This document shows, piece after piece, positions 1 through 13,075 of a stretch of 64,000 bases of DNA. Origin of the DNA: Octopus sinensis (taxonomy: Eukaryota); contig NC_043005.1 of assembly GCF_006345805.1 (NCBI RefSeq), positions 106,392,001 to 106,456,000 of the forward strand, given 5' to 3'. The notes beneath the pieces were generated by a model that was not told the origin of the DNA, did no database searches, and worked only from the letters and a program-made list of their open reading frames with translations. Both the position numbers and the translations under genes were made by a program. Numbering within the stretch: the stretch's first letter is position 1; every line of letters starts with the position of its first letter.

Positions 1-842
1 AAATATAAAAAGAAGATTAAAAATTAATGAATACACACACATACACACACATATATACACACATATACACACAAGTGCATACATACATAAAATGCGTTAA
101 AATTGACAGGGAGAGAAAGATGTAAAACGATAATATTAAAAATAATGATAAAATGAAAAAAAAAATGTCTGAAATCCTTCTGTAAACCCATAAAAATAAT
201 AAATAAAATGAATATGAAATTTTAAACATGATATTAGAAAAATATATGAATAAAATTTAAAAATGTAAATTGGTAGCAAGTGTGACACATTTCTCTTATC
301 TGGTTTATTGGCTGTTGTTTGTAGCTCTTCTTTGGATTCGTGTATGTTAAAGTGTATGTGCCCGTATGTGGTGGAGTTTAAGTGTCTGTATCTGTGCATA
401 TGCGCACGCACGCACATGATATATTCATGTGTTCGAGTATGTGTGTGTTTGCTTGTTTTAGTATACGCCTGTATGTATATGTGTATGAAATATGAGATTT
501 ACTTCGAATATGAGAGTACAGATGTATGTGAATGCCTTCTTTATAGTTTGATGTGCTTATGCACTCTGAGAGAATGTGTTCGTATGGATGAGTGTGTACA
601 TGCGTGTAGTTGTAAGTGTGTGTGTGTCCACAGTTTATCGCGTTATTATTATTATTAGTTAACAAAGCCTACTGTTGCACTCAATATTATAGTGTAGATA
701 CACACATTTGAAACACCAAAACCGCCTTCAACAAGCTTCGCTGTATCTGATACAACCGTCCTTCTCCTTTTTGTTCTATCATCGTCCTAAATATCTCTCA
801 GGCTCCCCCTCACAGAGCCCACACGAAACACCGACCCAATAA

Positions 843-1068
843 TTTATTTCTTTATTGCCCACAAGGGGCTAAACATAGAGGGGACAAACAAGGACAGACA
901 AAGGGATTAAGTCGATTACATCGACCCCAGTGTGTAACTGGTACTTATTTAATCGACCCCGAAAGGATGAAAGGCAAAGTCGACCTCGGCGGAATTTGAA
1001 CTCAGAACGTAACGGCAGACGAAATACCGCTAGGCAGTTCGCCCGGCGTGCTAACGATTGTGCCAGTT
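843..1068 (-). mobile_element. tRNA-type SINE, family A, full length
   Basis: Minus strand has a B-box-like GAGTTCAAATTCC, the core GGTCGACTTTGCCTTTCATCCTTTCGGGGTCG and an AATAAAGAAATAAA tail. A 14-bp TSD CACCGACCCAATAA lies at 829-842 and 1069-1082. Near-identical copies occur at 2440 and 10140. Confidence 0.9.
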
Positions 1069-1559
1069 CACCGACCCAATAACATCTCCTGTCTGCTACT
1101 GGTATCGTCATTCGACAGATTTGAAGCTGATCATTAATGCCCATCGAGTCCACCGATCTTAAAAGGAAGAACTGTTTCAAAAATCATAGATCATGGCCAC
1201 TGAGCCCATTCTTCCATTTTTTAAATATCAAGAATAGTAATTATTGCTCTGATGAGTAAAACTAAAACATTATGATTCAGTTTTAACTGTATAAATAATG
1301 TGTGGCTGTCACTGAAATATAACAGATTGTACGAGAGTAACAGGTGCAAGTACGACTGTATAGTCAACAATTTGGCTTTGCAACTACATGATGTCGAGTT
1401 CGATCCACGGCACAAAACCTTGAGCAAGTGTCTTTTACCAGAGCTTCTTGTGGACCAAAAATTTCGAAATGATAATTAGAGAAGGAAAACTGTGTTAAGG
1501 CCTCGTTCTTTGATGGTAATTCCTCACCTGGTGTAACACAACTAACTATTCATTGAGTG

Positions 1560-1774
1560 CTTTAATTGGAGCCGTTATTAGAGCCTTGCTTTAAGAATAT
1601 CACGAAAGGTTTGGGTGGAGGACACACTTTCGAGTTCTTCTACAGGGCTTAGAAAACCTGTAATGCCGCTGCAATAAGTGTGTGAATCTGAGAGGAGAAT
1701 ATGTTGAATAAAATCATAATTAGCTGTTCCTCCTGTTTAACCCAAAGTCAGGATTCTTTCAGTACCCCGTCGTA
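1560..1774 (+). mobile_element. mariner transposon 3' end relic
   Basis: Reads ...NKCVNLRGEYVE-stop, like the mariner transposase C-terminal consensus KCVxxxGxYVE, followed by a TIR-like end CTTTCAGTACCCCGTCG-TA. Confidence 0.6.
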
Positions 1775-2229
1775 TTAATTTATTGCTATTTCGAATCATG
1801 TAAAGCGTAGACAACACTGCATGATATAGGCGCAATACTGCAGAGGAGTAGGGGCCGAAACCGGACGTGGTTCCTCCTCATGATGTCTTGAGCTAACTGG
1901 ATCCTATAAAAGAGCTGTTGTGGTAGCAGACCACGAAACACGGTTGAAATTCCTCTGATAGAAAGGAAAATAGCGAGACATTGAATCATACGTAAAGCAA
2001 TGAATTTTGCAAGCTTAATGGTAATTAATCGAATTTTCCACAAAATATTCTAAGCTCATGATCTGCATATTCGGCATTGCGGTGTCAGCACCGGTTGGAC
2101 TCAGATCATTTCACCTTTGGTACTAGAAGCAGCTTCTTCCTGATACCAAGGCAAAAGTGAAACCTTGCGAAAGGCTGGCACACTTTTATTGTTTGACATT
2201 TATAACGAGCCAGAAAGAAACTGACTACG

Positions 2230-2432
2230 TTGTCACCTTATCTGCTAGATGTTGTAGCCATACCTTCCTCAAATGACTCCCTACCGTTAAAAAAGGGGCA
2301 AGTACATACATATTGGCTAATGTAGTCCAAGATACGTACACTAGAAAACGAACAACACAATGATCATGATTAAATCATGTTTGGACATAGTTCAGCAGGA
2401 TCAAGGCTGACTAAGGGTTATAAAGCAAAAGA
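2230..2432 (+). repeat. old degenerate interspersed repeat (family E)
   Basis: Loose similarity to 11480-11970, 57580-57700 and, inverted, to 3305-3390, 26175-26330 and 62625-62790. Shared end resembles GACCTGGGGCTAAAC. Confidence 0.45.
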
Positions 2433-2439
2433 TAACCTA

Positions 2440-2659
2440 TTTTTTTACCACTCACACGGGGTTAAACGCAGAGAGGACAAACAAGGACAGACAAAGGGAT
2501 TAAGTCGATTACATCGACCCCAGTGCGTAACTGGTACTTATTTAATCGACCCCGAAAGGATGAAAGGCAAAGTCGACCTCGGCGGAATTTGAACTCAGAA
2601 CGTAACGGCAGACGAAATACCGCTAAGAATTTCGCCCGGCGTGCTAACGATTCTGCCAG
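2440..2659 (-). mobile_element. SINE family A
   Basis: Near-identical to 843-1068. Confidence 0.9.
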
Positions 2660-2944
2660 ACCAGTAAAAGAAAAAGAAATTAAGTCTGAGTCTGTTTTGA
2701 ACTCACCGCTATGAGATGGAGGACGAGATGATAGAATGAAACTCTTCTAATGTTGTAAATTACTGTCACAGCAATCTGAACCCTCCACCTTCGCCTCCAC
2801 TCATCCTCTTCCCTTCTCTCTCTTTCTCTCTCATTTAATATTAATTAGTTAATGTAATCCTGCAAGCGTTAACGAACACAATTGCAATCTGGGGGAATCC
2901 TCAGAAGACCTTCATCAAATGCATTTTACACGCTGCATTTGATA

Positions 2945-2981
2945 ACTGCTGCCGCTGCCACTGCCGCTGCTGCTGCTGCTG

Positions 2982-3026
<45 letters not shown>

Positions 3027-3798
3027 ACTACTACTACTACTACTTTAAATAAATAAATAACAAGAACAGCAACAAAGATGTTTGCAATGATGACACCAAC
3101 ACCTATACAACACATTTCATTACGTCACTTTATATTAGTGTTGTTCCTGATGTTGTTGTTGTTGTTGTTGTTGTTGTTGTAATGATCACTGTTGTTGTTG
3201 TTATTGATGCTGCTCTTATAAATGTTGTCGTTTCATTGCTGCTGCTGTTGCTGCTGCTGCTGCTGTGACAGTTGTTGTTTCAGCTGTGTTGGTGTCGTTA
3301 TTACTGTTCAGCCCTAGGTCAGCTCTGGCCTATGATCAAAAGAATTCCATCCATGACCTCTCAGCCTTCTCTTGGGTATTGCAGTCGTGTACAGACTCTT
3401 TTGTTGGTTTGTGTTGTTGTTGTTGTCGATGATGATAATGCTGCTGCTGCTGCTGAGGATGATGATGATGATAATGCTAGTGATGATAGTGATGGCGATA
3501 ATTATAATGATGCTTACGGTTAATGGTCTTACTGTTGCCGAGTGATTATTGCCATTACTGGACCCAATGTTGTTGTTGCTGCTGTTGATGGTGATGTTGT
3601 GGTTGCTACTACTACTACTGCTGCTGCAGCTGTTGTTGTTGTTGTTGTTGCTGATGCTGGTGCTATTTGATGGTGATACTGTGGTTTTTGCTGCCGATGA
3701 TGTTGCTGTTGATCTTTTGTTGTTGCTGTTGCTGTTGTGGTTGTTGCTGTTATGGTTGCTGCTGCTGCTGTTGTTGTTGTTGCTGCTGCTGTTGTTGC

Positions 3799-3833
<35 letters not shown>

Positions 3834-4100
3834 CTGCTGCTGTTGTTGTTGTAGCTCTTGCAGCTGTTTTCGTTGTTGCTGCTGCTATTGCTGACGCTGT
3901 TGCTGGTGCTGCTGTTGGTGGTAATGTTATGGTTGCTGTTGTAGCTCCTGCAGTTGTTTTTGTTGTTGCTATTACTGTTGTGGTTGTTGCTTGTTGTTGT
4001 TGTTGTTGATGTTATTGCTGCTGCTGTTGATGGTAACGCTATGGTTGCTACTGTTGTTACAATTGTTGTTGTTGTTGCTTTTATTGTTGTCGCTATTATT
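2945..4100. repeat. compound triplet microsatellite region (CTG/CTA/GTT/GAT)
   Basis: Directly visible. Explains the poly-S/L/C/V/A ORFs. Confidence 0.9.
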
Positions 4101-4102
4101 TG

Positions 4103-4509
4103 TTTACTCTTTTACTCTTTTATTTGTTTCAGTCATTTGACTGCGGCCATGCTGGAGCACCGCCTTTAGTCGAGCAAATCGACCCCGGGACTTATTCTTT
4201 GTAAGCCTAGTACTTATTCTATCGGTATCTTTTGCCGAACCGCTAAGTGACGAGGACATAAACACACCAGCATCGGTTGTGAAGCAATGCTAGGGAGACA
4301 AACACAGGCACACAAACATATACACACACATATAAATATATATACGACGGGCTTCTTTCAGTTTCCATCTACCAAATCCACTCACAAGGCTTTGGTCGGC
4401 CCGAATCTATAGTAGAAGACACTTGCCCAAGGTGCCACGCAGTGGGACTGAACCCGGAACCATGTGGTTGGGAAACAAGCTACTTACCACACAGCAACTC
4501 CTGCACCTA
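4103..4509 (-). mobile_element. tRNA-type SINE, family B (~410 bp, internal CA/TA tract, AAAGAGT-repeat tail)
   Basis: Minus-strand head with GCTGTGTGGTAAG and GGTTCAGTCCC (A/B-box-like) and a tandem tail. About 10 copies in the window. Confidence 0.9.
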
Positions 4510-4631
4510 TTGTTTATTGTTCAATATTCCATTTTCCATTCCACCACAAGTGGTTTCTACTTCTAAGTCAATAATACACTTCTAATCTCTTGAGAAAATA
4601 AAATTCAAGGAAAACATTTTGCTTCGGCGTT

Positions 4632-4800
4632 GATTAGCAGATTCGCCAACGCGTCAGACTAATATCTGCTGTTAATATTTTTTTCAGCTCCTTATGTTCT
4701 GAGTTCAAATCAGGCAATACTTGACTTCGATTTTCATCTCTATGAAGTCGATGATTAAAGTACCTATCTAAAACTGGAGTCAATTTGATTGACTCTTCTA
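4632..4800 (+). mobile_element. degenerate SINE family A
   Basis: TTATGTTCTGAGTTCAAATC...TTTTCATC...AAGTACC matches family A with many substitutions. Confidence 0.55.
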
Positions 4801-5094
4801 AATTTGAGATCTGGTCCCTATGTTCCCACCTCGCTCTTTTCCTCTTCTGGAATTGGTCTTTATATTGTGCTATGAAAGCGTCACAGGAGACCAGTTGTCG
4901 TATCCCATTACCTCCAAGAAATGGAGGGTGTGTTGAATTAGGGACTACAAACTTCTTATTTACCACGTTACGGAATACCGCCCAAAGACTCAAAAGAATA
5001 CGAGTAAGGCGGTCGTGAATAGACCGATGTGGTATAAGGCATGGCGTGGTTTAAAATATATAAAGAATACATAGTGATTATTATTATGGTGGTT

Positions 5095-5407
5095 GTGGAG
5101 GCGCAATGATCCAGTGGTTAGAGCAGCAGACTCGCGGTCGGAGGATCGTGGTTTCGATTCCTAGACCGGATGTTGTATGTGTTTATTGAGCGAAAACACC
5201 TAAAGCTGTACGAGGCTCCAGCAGGGGGATGGTGGTGACCCCTGTTGTACTCTTTCGCTCCAACTTTCTCTCACTCTCTCTTCCTGTTTCTTGAGTAACG
5301 CTGCGATGGACTGGCGTCCCGTCCAGCTGGGGGGAACAAATACGCCACAGAAACCGGGAAACCGGGCCCATGAGCCTGGCTAGGCTTGAAAAGGGCGCAT
5401 AAAAAAA
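5095..5407 (+). mobile_element. tRNA-type SINE, family C (poly-A tail variant)
   Basis: tRNA-like head GTGGAGGCGCAATG...AGTGGTTAGAGCAG...GGTTTCGATTCC and a poly-A end. TSD ATTATGGTGGT at 5083-5093 and 5408-5418. Confidence 0.9.
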
Positions 5408-5644
5408 ATTATGGTGGTAGTGGAAGTGGAGGTAGTAGTAGTAGTAGTGACAAATACAGCTAGATGTCACTCGCGAGCGAGTACGATCTACGTGCGTATA
5501 ACATGGCTTTCAATCATTGGTTTTGGTACCTATGTATTTGTAGGCGCAAGTAGATATTGTCACCCCCTCGACCTCGTCCTTTTTGAGCACCCAGAATACA
5601 ACAACTGGAGGCAGAGAGAACAGCACCAGTACTTGGATAGAAAT

Positions 5645-5782
5645 CATTTTCAGCGAAGTAGACAGGAGCAACGTGAAATGATCATTACTTTACTCAGTGA
5701 CAGAAATCCCAGTCAAGAGATTGAATTCACGATCTTACAATCGAGAGCAGCACACCTCTTAGGACTCGGCCACGCGCCTTCA
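5645..5782 (-). mobile_element. degenerate SINE family D, 5' part
   Basis: Minus strand GTGAAGGCGCGTGGC...ATTTCACGTTGCTCC matches the copy at 63007. Confidence 0.6.
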
Positions 5783-6330
5783 CTAGTGATAGCAATAAAG
5801 GTGATTGTAGTGGTGGCGGCGATGGTGGAGGTGGTAATCGTTGTGGTGGGTGATGGTGAGGGTGTAGAGGTGAAGGTGTTTCCGGTGTTTATGGCGAGGT
5901 AGAAGGGTGCAAGATGGCGATTAAGAGCGGGGAGCCAGAGCAGGCGAGTAGGAGGAATATTAAGGAGCGAGCTGGGGGAGAGGGGTGTTATGGTGCCAAT
6001 TAAAAAAAATTAAATCCACCCATCACACCCTCATCTACAATTATTTCGTACTCTGACCTAATTACAGCAACCCTCGCAACTCATTATCATCATCACCACC
6101 ACCACCACTACGACGACGTCCACCGCTGCCACCGCTGCTGCCGCCGCCATTGCTACCGCCACCATTGCTACCGCCGCCACTGCTGTCGCCGCCGCTGAAG
6201 TTGCTACCGCCGTTGCTGCCGCCGCTGTCGCCGTCTCAGGTGCCGTTCTTTCCACCGCCGCCGCTGCCGCCACCACCACCACCATGATAATGACTCCGCC
6301 GTAATCATCATCATCATCATCATCGTCACG

Positions 6331-6383
<53 letters not shown>

Positions 6384-6574
6384 GTGTTTCTCTGACTTTC
6401 AATCTCTGATTTATCTTTTCTTGTAGCATCCTTGCCTATCGTTTGGGCTGTTTTTCTGTCATTCTCTCTCTCTCTCTCTCTCTCTCCCCTCTCTCTCTCT
6501 CTCCGCGCGCCTCCTCTCTCTCCATGCGCCCCCCTCTCTCTCTCTCTCTCGAAATGCTCAGGAGTATCTCATCT

Positions 6575-6730
6575 GTCTTTACGCTCTGAGTTCAAATTCC
6601 ACCGCGGTCGACTTTGCCCTTCATCTTTCGGGATCGATAAATTAAGTACCTGTTGTGTACTGAGGTCGATCTAATCGACTGGCCCCCTTCCCCAAAATTT
6701 CGGGCCTTGTGCCTAGAGTAGAAAAGAACA
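6575..6730 (+). mobile_element. SINE family A, 5'-truncated, alternative tail
   Basis: Family A core followed by CCCCAAAATTTCGGGCCTTGTGCCTAGAGTAGAAAAGAA. Confidence 0.8.
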
Positions 6731-6783
6731 GAAGACATTGGTTCTGATTACCAGCAAGATTAAAAAAAAAAAACAGGAGCGAT

Positions 6784-7103
6784 GGCGTAGGAGTGGCTGT
6801 GTGGTAAGTAGCTTTCTTACCAACCACATGGTTCCGGGTTCAGTCCCACTGCGTGGCACCTTGGGCAAGTGTCTTCTACTATTGCCTCGGGCCAATCAAA
6901 GTCTTGTGAGTGGATTTAGTAGACGGAAACTGAAAGAAGCCCGTTCTATATATATGTATATGTATGTGCGTGTAATATGTTAGTGTGTCTGTGTTTGTCC
7001 CCCCAACATCGCTTGACGACCGATACTGGTGTGTTTACCGGTGCTCCGGCATGGCCACAGTTAAATGACTGAAACAAGGAAAAGAGTAAAAGTGAGTAAA
7101 AGA
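6784..7103 (+). mobile_element. SINE family B with internal deletion
   Basis: Matches family B, but the segment between GGTGTGTTTAC and GGTGCTCC is missing. Confidence 0.85.
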
Positions 7104-7489
7104 TGGTTACAATACCTTTGATTCTTAGTCTACCGGATACTGGGTGACCTGGGGTTAAACAGCTACACACACACACACACACACACAACACACACACACA
7201 CGCATATATATACTACATCCGATTCAACACCATCAATGTGTTTGTAGCAGTGAGACAGCTTTTGTAACTGTTGCTTTTCCTGCAAGAAAGCGCAGCCAAA
7301 TGCCTTTCGTGTTACTGTCTTGAGAAACGAAAGGCACGTTGGGAAAGTAGTTCCCATTATACGAGAAGATGGAATGGTTACGGATGGAACGCTTCTGAAG
7401 ATAGATCCACGCGATCAGAGCTAATCTTAGACTGAACACTACTAACTGACTTTTACCATAATTAGATCTACTACACCTAATTCCGCTAT

Positions 7490-7941
7490 CACGACGACGA
7501 CGACCACCACCGCCACCACCACCACCGCCACCACGTGGCCATGACCATGACTCCCACAACGATGGCAACGCCCACCACCACCAACACCACTACGGTCACT
7601 ATGACCATTACAACCACAATCACAACCACCGCCACGCTGACGTTGGCGATGACGCAACATCGACGACGACCACCACCACCGCCACCACCGTCACCACATC
7701 GCCACCACCACCACCACCACCACCACCACTACTACCACCACGACCATCATCAACAGCAACAAAGAAGACGACGACGACGACGACCACCACCACCACCATA
7801 TTCACCATCACCGTCAAAGCCAACTCCCAACGCCACGGCCACTCTGGTCACTATCGACCATCACCACCAGTACAACCACAACCACCACGTCGATGACAGA
7901 ACATCGTTAATACCACCATCTCTACCATCACCACCGCCGCC

Positions 7942-7973
<32 letters not shown>

Positions 7974-8282
7974 CAACAACAACACCACCATCACCATCAC
8001 CACTGCCACAGACACCGTCACCACTACCACCTTCACAATCATTAAGACTATTACACCTAACACTAACACCACCACCACTATCACTGCCACCACCACCACT
8101 ACCATCACCACCACCACCACCTCTTTCCCAACTACCACCAATACTGTCCATCCTTACAATCAACACTACCACCAATACCTAGTTTTCCCCCCCACCCCAC
8201 CTCAACTACCAACACCACCCACCATCCTCCACCACCACCACCACATCCACCACCACCACCCAGCTACCACTCACCTACCCCA
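7490..8282. repeat. (CAC/CAA/GAC)n low-complexity tract
   Basis: Directly visible. Confidence 0.9.
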
Positions 8283-8726
8283 GCATGTGCATTATGAATG
8301 CACCAGGGTTCTCTTTGATTTATGGTGCAGCTTCTGTGGGTGATAATGTATCAAAATTATTCATTGAGCACGTGGAGTGTCAGCAGCGAATTAATATCTG
8401 CTTAATTATTGGACTGAAATTTTCTAGCACTCTTAATGAGGACTTCTGGCGAAACATACACACGCATAATTCATACATCACTCACACACTTGTTCTTACA
8501 CACACACATATATATACACATTAGAAGAAAAAGAAAGAAACAAACAAACACGTACGCACGTATCTGGATATATATGCATACCCACAGATGCACACATACA
8601 TGTACACGCACACATAATACGTATGCGCATAGCATATATACTTACATATATATATACGTATACATGCATACATGAAAATACCATACACATGCATATATGT
8701 AAATGCATACATACGTACATATACGA

Positions 8727-8727
8727 G

Positions 8728-8786
<59 letters not shown>

Positions 8787-8809
8787 TATATATGTATATA
8801 TATATATAC

Positions 8810-8840
<31 letters not shown>

Positions 8841-8902
8841 ATATATATATATTATATATATATATATATACAAATATATATATCTATATATATATATATA
8901 TA

Positions 8903-8951
<49 letters not shown>

Positions 8952-9060
8952 CAAATATAATATATACAATATATATATATATATAACATATATATACATA
9001 TATATTCATAATTCATATATATTATATATATATATATATATATCATATATATATATATGA
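8727..9060. repeat. (TA)n microsatellite
   Basis: Directly visible. Confidence 0.95.
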
Positions 9061-9495
9061 GTATATACATATACATTTAAAACGTACATTACATATATAT
9101 AAACATGCATACATATATACATACATGAATACATACACACACACGTTACATAGACATACATAGTCATGTGTACTTTCACTTCTCTGTTCAGACACACACA
9201 CACACTAAACATATACAGCATATACATATACATTCCCAACACACGCATATGTAGTTAAGCAAGCGTTAATATATCTAATTAATATATTTAATAGAGAGAG
9301 TATTTAAAATCTCATTAGAAATATTAATGCGGTCAGGAAAAATAACAAGTCGTTGGTTAATATTATTTTAATAATATTGGCATCTAAGAGGAACAACTTC
9401 TGACATGATTTCTAACTTATTATTATCTCATCAGCCACTCATAAATTTCACCCTACTTTGCAATCTCTTGTCGAAGCAGTGTGTGTACGAGAATA

Positions 9496-9918
9496 TTCTT
9501 TTTATTCTTTTCTTTTACTTGTTTCAGTAATTTGACTGCGGCCATGCTGGAGCACCGCCTTTAGTCGAGCAAATCGACCCCGGGACTTATTCTTTGTAAG
9601 CCCAGTACTTATTCTATCGGTCTCTTTTGCCGAACCGCTACGTGACGGGGACGTAAACACACCAGCATCGGTTGTGAAGCAATGTTAGGGGGACAAACAC
9701 AGACACATAAACACACACACACATACATACATATAGATATATATACATATATACGACGGGCTTCTTTCAGTTTCCGTCTACCAAATCCACTCACAAGGCT
9801 TTGGTCAGCCTGAGGCTATAGCAGAAGACACTTGCCCAAGATGCTACGCAGTAGGACTGAACCCGGAACCATGTGGTTGGTTAGCAAGCTACTTACCACA
9901 CAGCCACTCCTGCACCTA
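9496..9918 (-). mobile_element. SINE family B
   Basis: Full-length match to 4103-4509. Confidence 0.9.
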
Positions 9919-10139
9919 TATACAGTAGTTGACTTAGAAATCCAATGTTGTTTACCACTTTAGCAGTCAAACTAGCGGTATCCGGTCTAAATATTCTACC
10001 TGCCTTATGTTCAAACCAGCCAGATTTAGCTTCTCACACCTATCCTACAATGTCCTTCTAAATATAAACAATTGCATCATCAAAATCACAAAGCTACAAG
10101 ATGCAGGATTAATTCAAAACAGTGGCTGTTTGGTAAGAA

Positions 10140-10485
10140 GGCGGCAAGCTGGAAGAATCGTTAGCACGAAGGGCAAGACACTTAGCGATATTTCCGTCTG
10201 GCTTTACGTTCTGAGTTCAAATTCCGCCGAGGTCGACCTTGCCTTTCATCCTTTCGGGGTCAATTAAATAAGTACCAGTTACGCACTGGGGTCAATATAA
10301 TCGACCTAATCCGTTTGTCTGTCCTTGTTTGTCCGTTCTGTGTGTACCCCCTTGAGGGCAGTAAAGAAATAGGTATTTCGTCTGCCGTTACGTTCTGAGT
10401 TCAAATTCCGCCGAGGTCGACCTTGCCTTTCATCCTTTCGGGGTCGATTAAATAAGTATCAGTTACGCACTGGGGTCGATATAAT
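10140..10485 (+). mobile_element. SINE family A plus a tandem partial second copy
   Basis: Full copy at ~10140-10371, immediately followed by a second core (10372-10485). Confidence 0.88.
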
Positions 10486-10867
10486 TACCATACTCATTCT
10501 AAGGTATTGTAGTACTAATTCGGTTAATGTTCTAAAAAGGTCCAATAAGAACGAAACATGTCAGTAGTCCTCCTTACGTCCACAATGTGAACTGTCTAAT
10601 TATTTGTAATTAATTGTAATCAATTATAATTAATGTTATTAATATTTTCAATATTTAACTAATTTTTAATATTTTAAATTTCAGGTTGACTCCTTTATCT
10701 TTCTTAACCATAATTACTTATTTAAATGAGATTTACTCCGCATTAAATGTGTACCCGTATTTAATTAATATTCCTTAGCCTTAAACAACATGAAATATGT
10801 TATCTCTCACTTTAGCATTGATTTACTTTCTGGCCTATAGTGGAAGCATAAATTATGCTCGTCGACA

Positions 10868-11020
10868 CTATAGTTATACTATTAAAAAGTGTGATATATA
10901 TATATTGAATGTCTTGTTATACTATTGAAATGTGTGATATAGAGATGTTGACTATATAGCTATGGTATTGAAACGTGTGATATAGGCATGTTGATATTAT
11001 AGTCACACTGCTGAAACGTA
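10868..11020. repeat. degenerate ~40-bp minisatellite, ~3.5 units
   Basis: Recurrent unit resembling TATAGTTATACTATTGAAATGTGTGATATAG. Confidence 0.7.
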
Positions 11021-11363
11021 TAGATTAGTCTTACAACAGAACATCCACTAACTCTACCTACGCCATCACCATCACCACTATTTTCATCATCATTGCCACT
11101 ACTAACCACTACAACCGTGAACACTAACAACACTACAACACCAACGCAGCCAACAACATCAGCAGCAGCAGCAGCCGTTCAAGAATTTGGACCTGGAGAT
11201 CTCCATTTCCAGCGACTTCGAGGGCCACCTCCCAGTGGTGTCGGGCGTCAACGAAGAGCCTTCGACTACAACAAGACGACCAAAGTTGTTTTTCCAAGGT
11301 CTGGAGTCTCCTGCCCCTAAGCCCTAGACCATCGCCTAATTACCCTTACCCGTCTTGTTGCTC

Positions 11364-11397
<34 letters not shown>

Positions 11398-11555
11398 CAA
11401 AACAACAACAGCATCATCAACAACAACAACAACAACAATAACAGCAGCAGTAGCACTCTGAACTAACGAGGCAGTTTCTAAGTTGCTAGAAACCATGCTA
11501 AAATCATTTTTCTGTTTTTAACAAAAGCCATATGAAACGTTATAGTCCTTGATAT

Positions 11556-11866
11556 CACCGTGATCACCGTGGCCAACCAGGCTATCAGATGTTGCTACAC
11601 ATCGCTGGTCACAATGCGCTTTGCATTGTTTTAGCCTTCAAATGACGCCACCCCGCTGGCTAAGCGAGCAGGCCAACAGAAAAGAGAGTGAGAGAAAGTT
11701 GTGGTGAAAGAGTACAGCAGGGATCGCCACCACCCCCTGCCGGGGCCTCGTGGAGCTTTAGGTGTTTTTGCTCAATAAACACTCACAACGCCCGGTCTGG
11801 GAATCGAAACGGCGATCCTACAACCGCGAGTCCGCTGCCCTAACCACTGGGCCATCGCGCCTCCAC
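11556..11866 (-). mobile_element. SINE family C, alternative (ACGGTGATC-repeat) tail
   Basis: Same head as 5095. A 14-bp TSD ATAGTCCTTGATAT lies at 11542-11555 and 11867-11880. Confidence 0.9.
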
Positions 11867-12799
11867 ATAGTCCTTGATATACTGTGTTTTAAATGTCAAT
11901 GACAACGGTCGTAGCTTGAGAGCCTCTGAATAGAAGTCCCTGCTGGATCAGAGTCGACCTGGGGCTAAACGGCAAGAACACCAATAGCATCATCACTTCC
12001 ATCATTTTACGAAATAATCATAAATTTTTCTCATGCTGCTGCCATCCCCTGTGAGTTTTGGTCAACAGCTACAAAGGATCGTGTAGTTACATGCTTCTGC
12101 TCACTGAGTCCAAACTTCATTTTTGCCTCAGCAAACCCACAAAATATCTTTAAAATTAGGGGCACGTATTAGGGGCACGTATTCGGAGATCTGGATTTTA
12201 TTTCAACGTGTTTCATAATGAAGAGAGTTGGGCATTATCAGAACAGACTGAAGGGTTTGTTTGATCACTTACGTCTGTGCAATGTGTCTACATAAACAGC
12301 GCCATCTAGGGGATTACCCAACAACAACACAACACAACATCAACAACAATCTTACTACGAATGCAAGCTCCATCACCACAAGAGCCACAACCAGCACCAA
12401 CGCCAGAGTATTACTACCACTACTTTCCTTGCTACCCATAACTATTAAAGATATCCCGGCTGTCAGAACTTCTGGAGGGACATCAAATAACACGTGACAC
12501 ACTTATTGTCCACAAATCTAAATGCTCCTCATATACTTTTTTCCAAGATGGTGCTTACACCAGGTTAACACTTGACATATCACGTGTGTTTGATCTATGG
12601 GTTTGTCCCCTTCTACTTACCCTAAAATTAAATGATTGATTGAGTATCTCCGTGTTTATAGTTTGGTTGAGCAGAACTGTATGTCTGTTAAACAATAACA
12701 ATAATCACTGTTTAGCGACAATATTCTCTCTAAATTAATACTCCGGGGAAAGGAGGTCATGGGTTCACAAAACATATGTTGTATTTCGTACATACATGC

Positions 12800-12828
12800 A
12801 TCTGTCTGCCTGTCTGCCTACCATTTTG

Positions 12829-12921
<93 letters not shown>

Positions 12922-12956
12922 GTCTGTCTGTCTGCCTGTCTGTCTACCATTTTGTC

Positions 12957-13034
<78 letters not shown>

Positions 13035-13075
13035 AGTTTGTCTGTCTGCTTGTCTGCCTGTTTGTCTGTCTCTCT
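12800..13075. repeat. (TCTA/TCTG)n tract containing a ~130-bp tandem duplication
   Basis: CTACCATTTTGTCTCT occurs twice, each time followed by a CT/TCTA tract. Confidence 0.85.

Noticed and set aside
1245-1275. CTGATGAGTAAAACTAAAAC as a hammerhead
   Set aside because: No GAAA and no convincing stems.
5095-5170. SINE heads as tRNA genes (also 11790-11866, 63007-63075, 63746-63820)
   Set aside because: They continue into SINE bodies, two have TSDs, and no complete cloverleaf is evident.
5411-5902. 163-aa ORF
   Set aside because: It spans triplet repeats and an antisense degenerate SINE, with no recognisable protein.
9950-10135. Possible piggyBac-like MITE remnant
   Set aside because: No matching second terminus or TTAA duplication is visible here.
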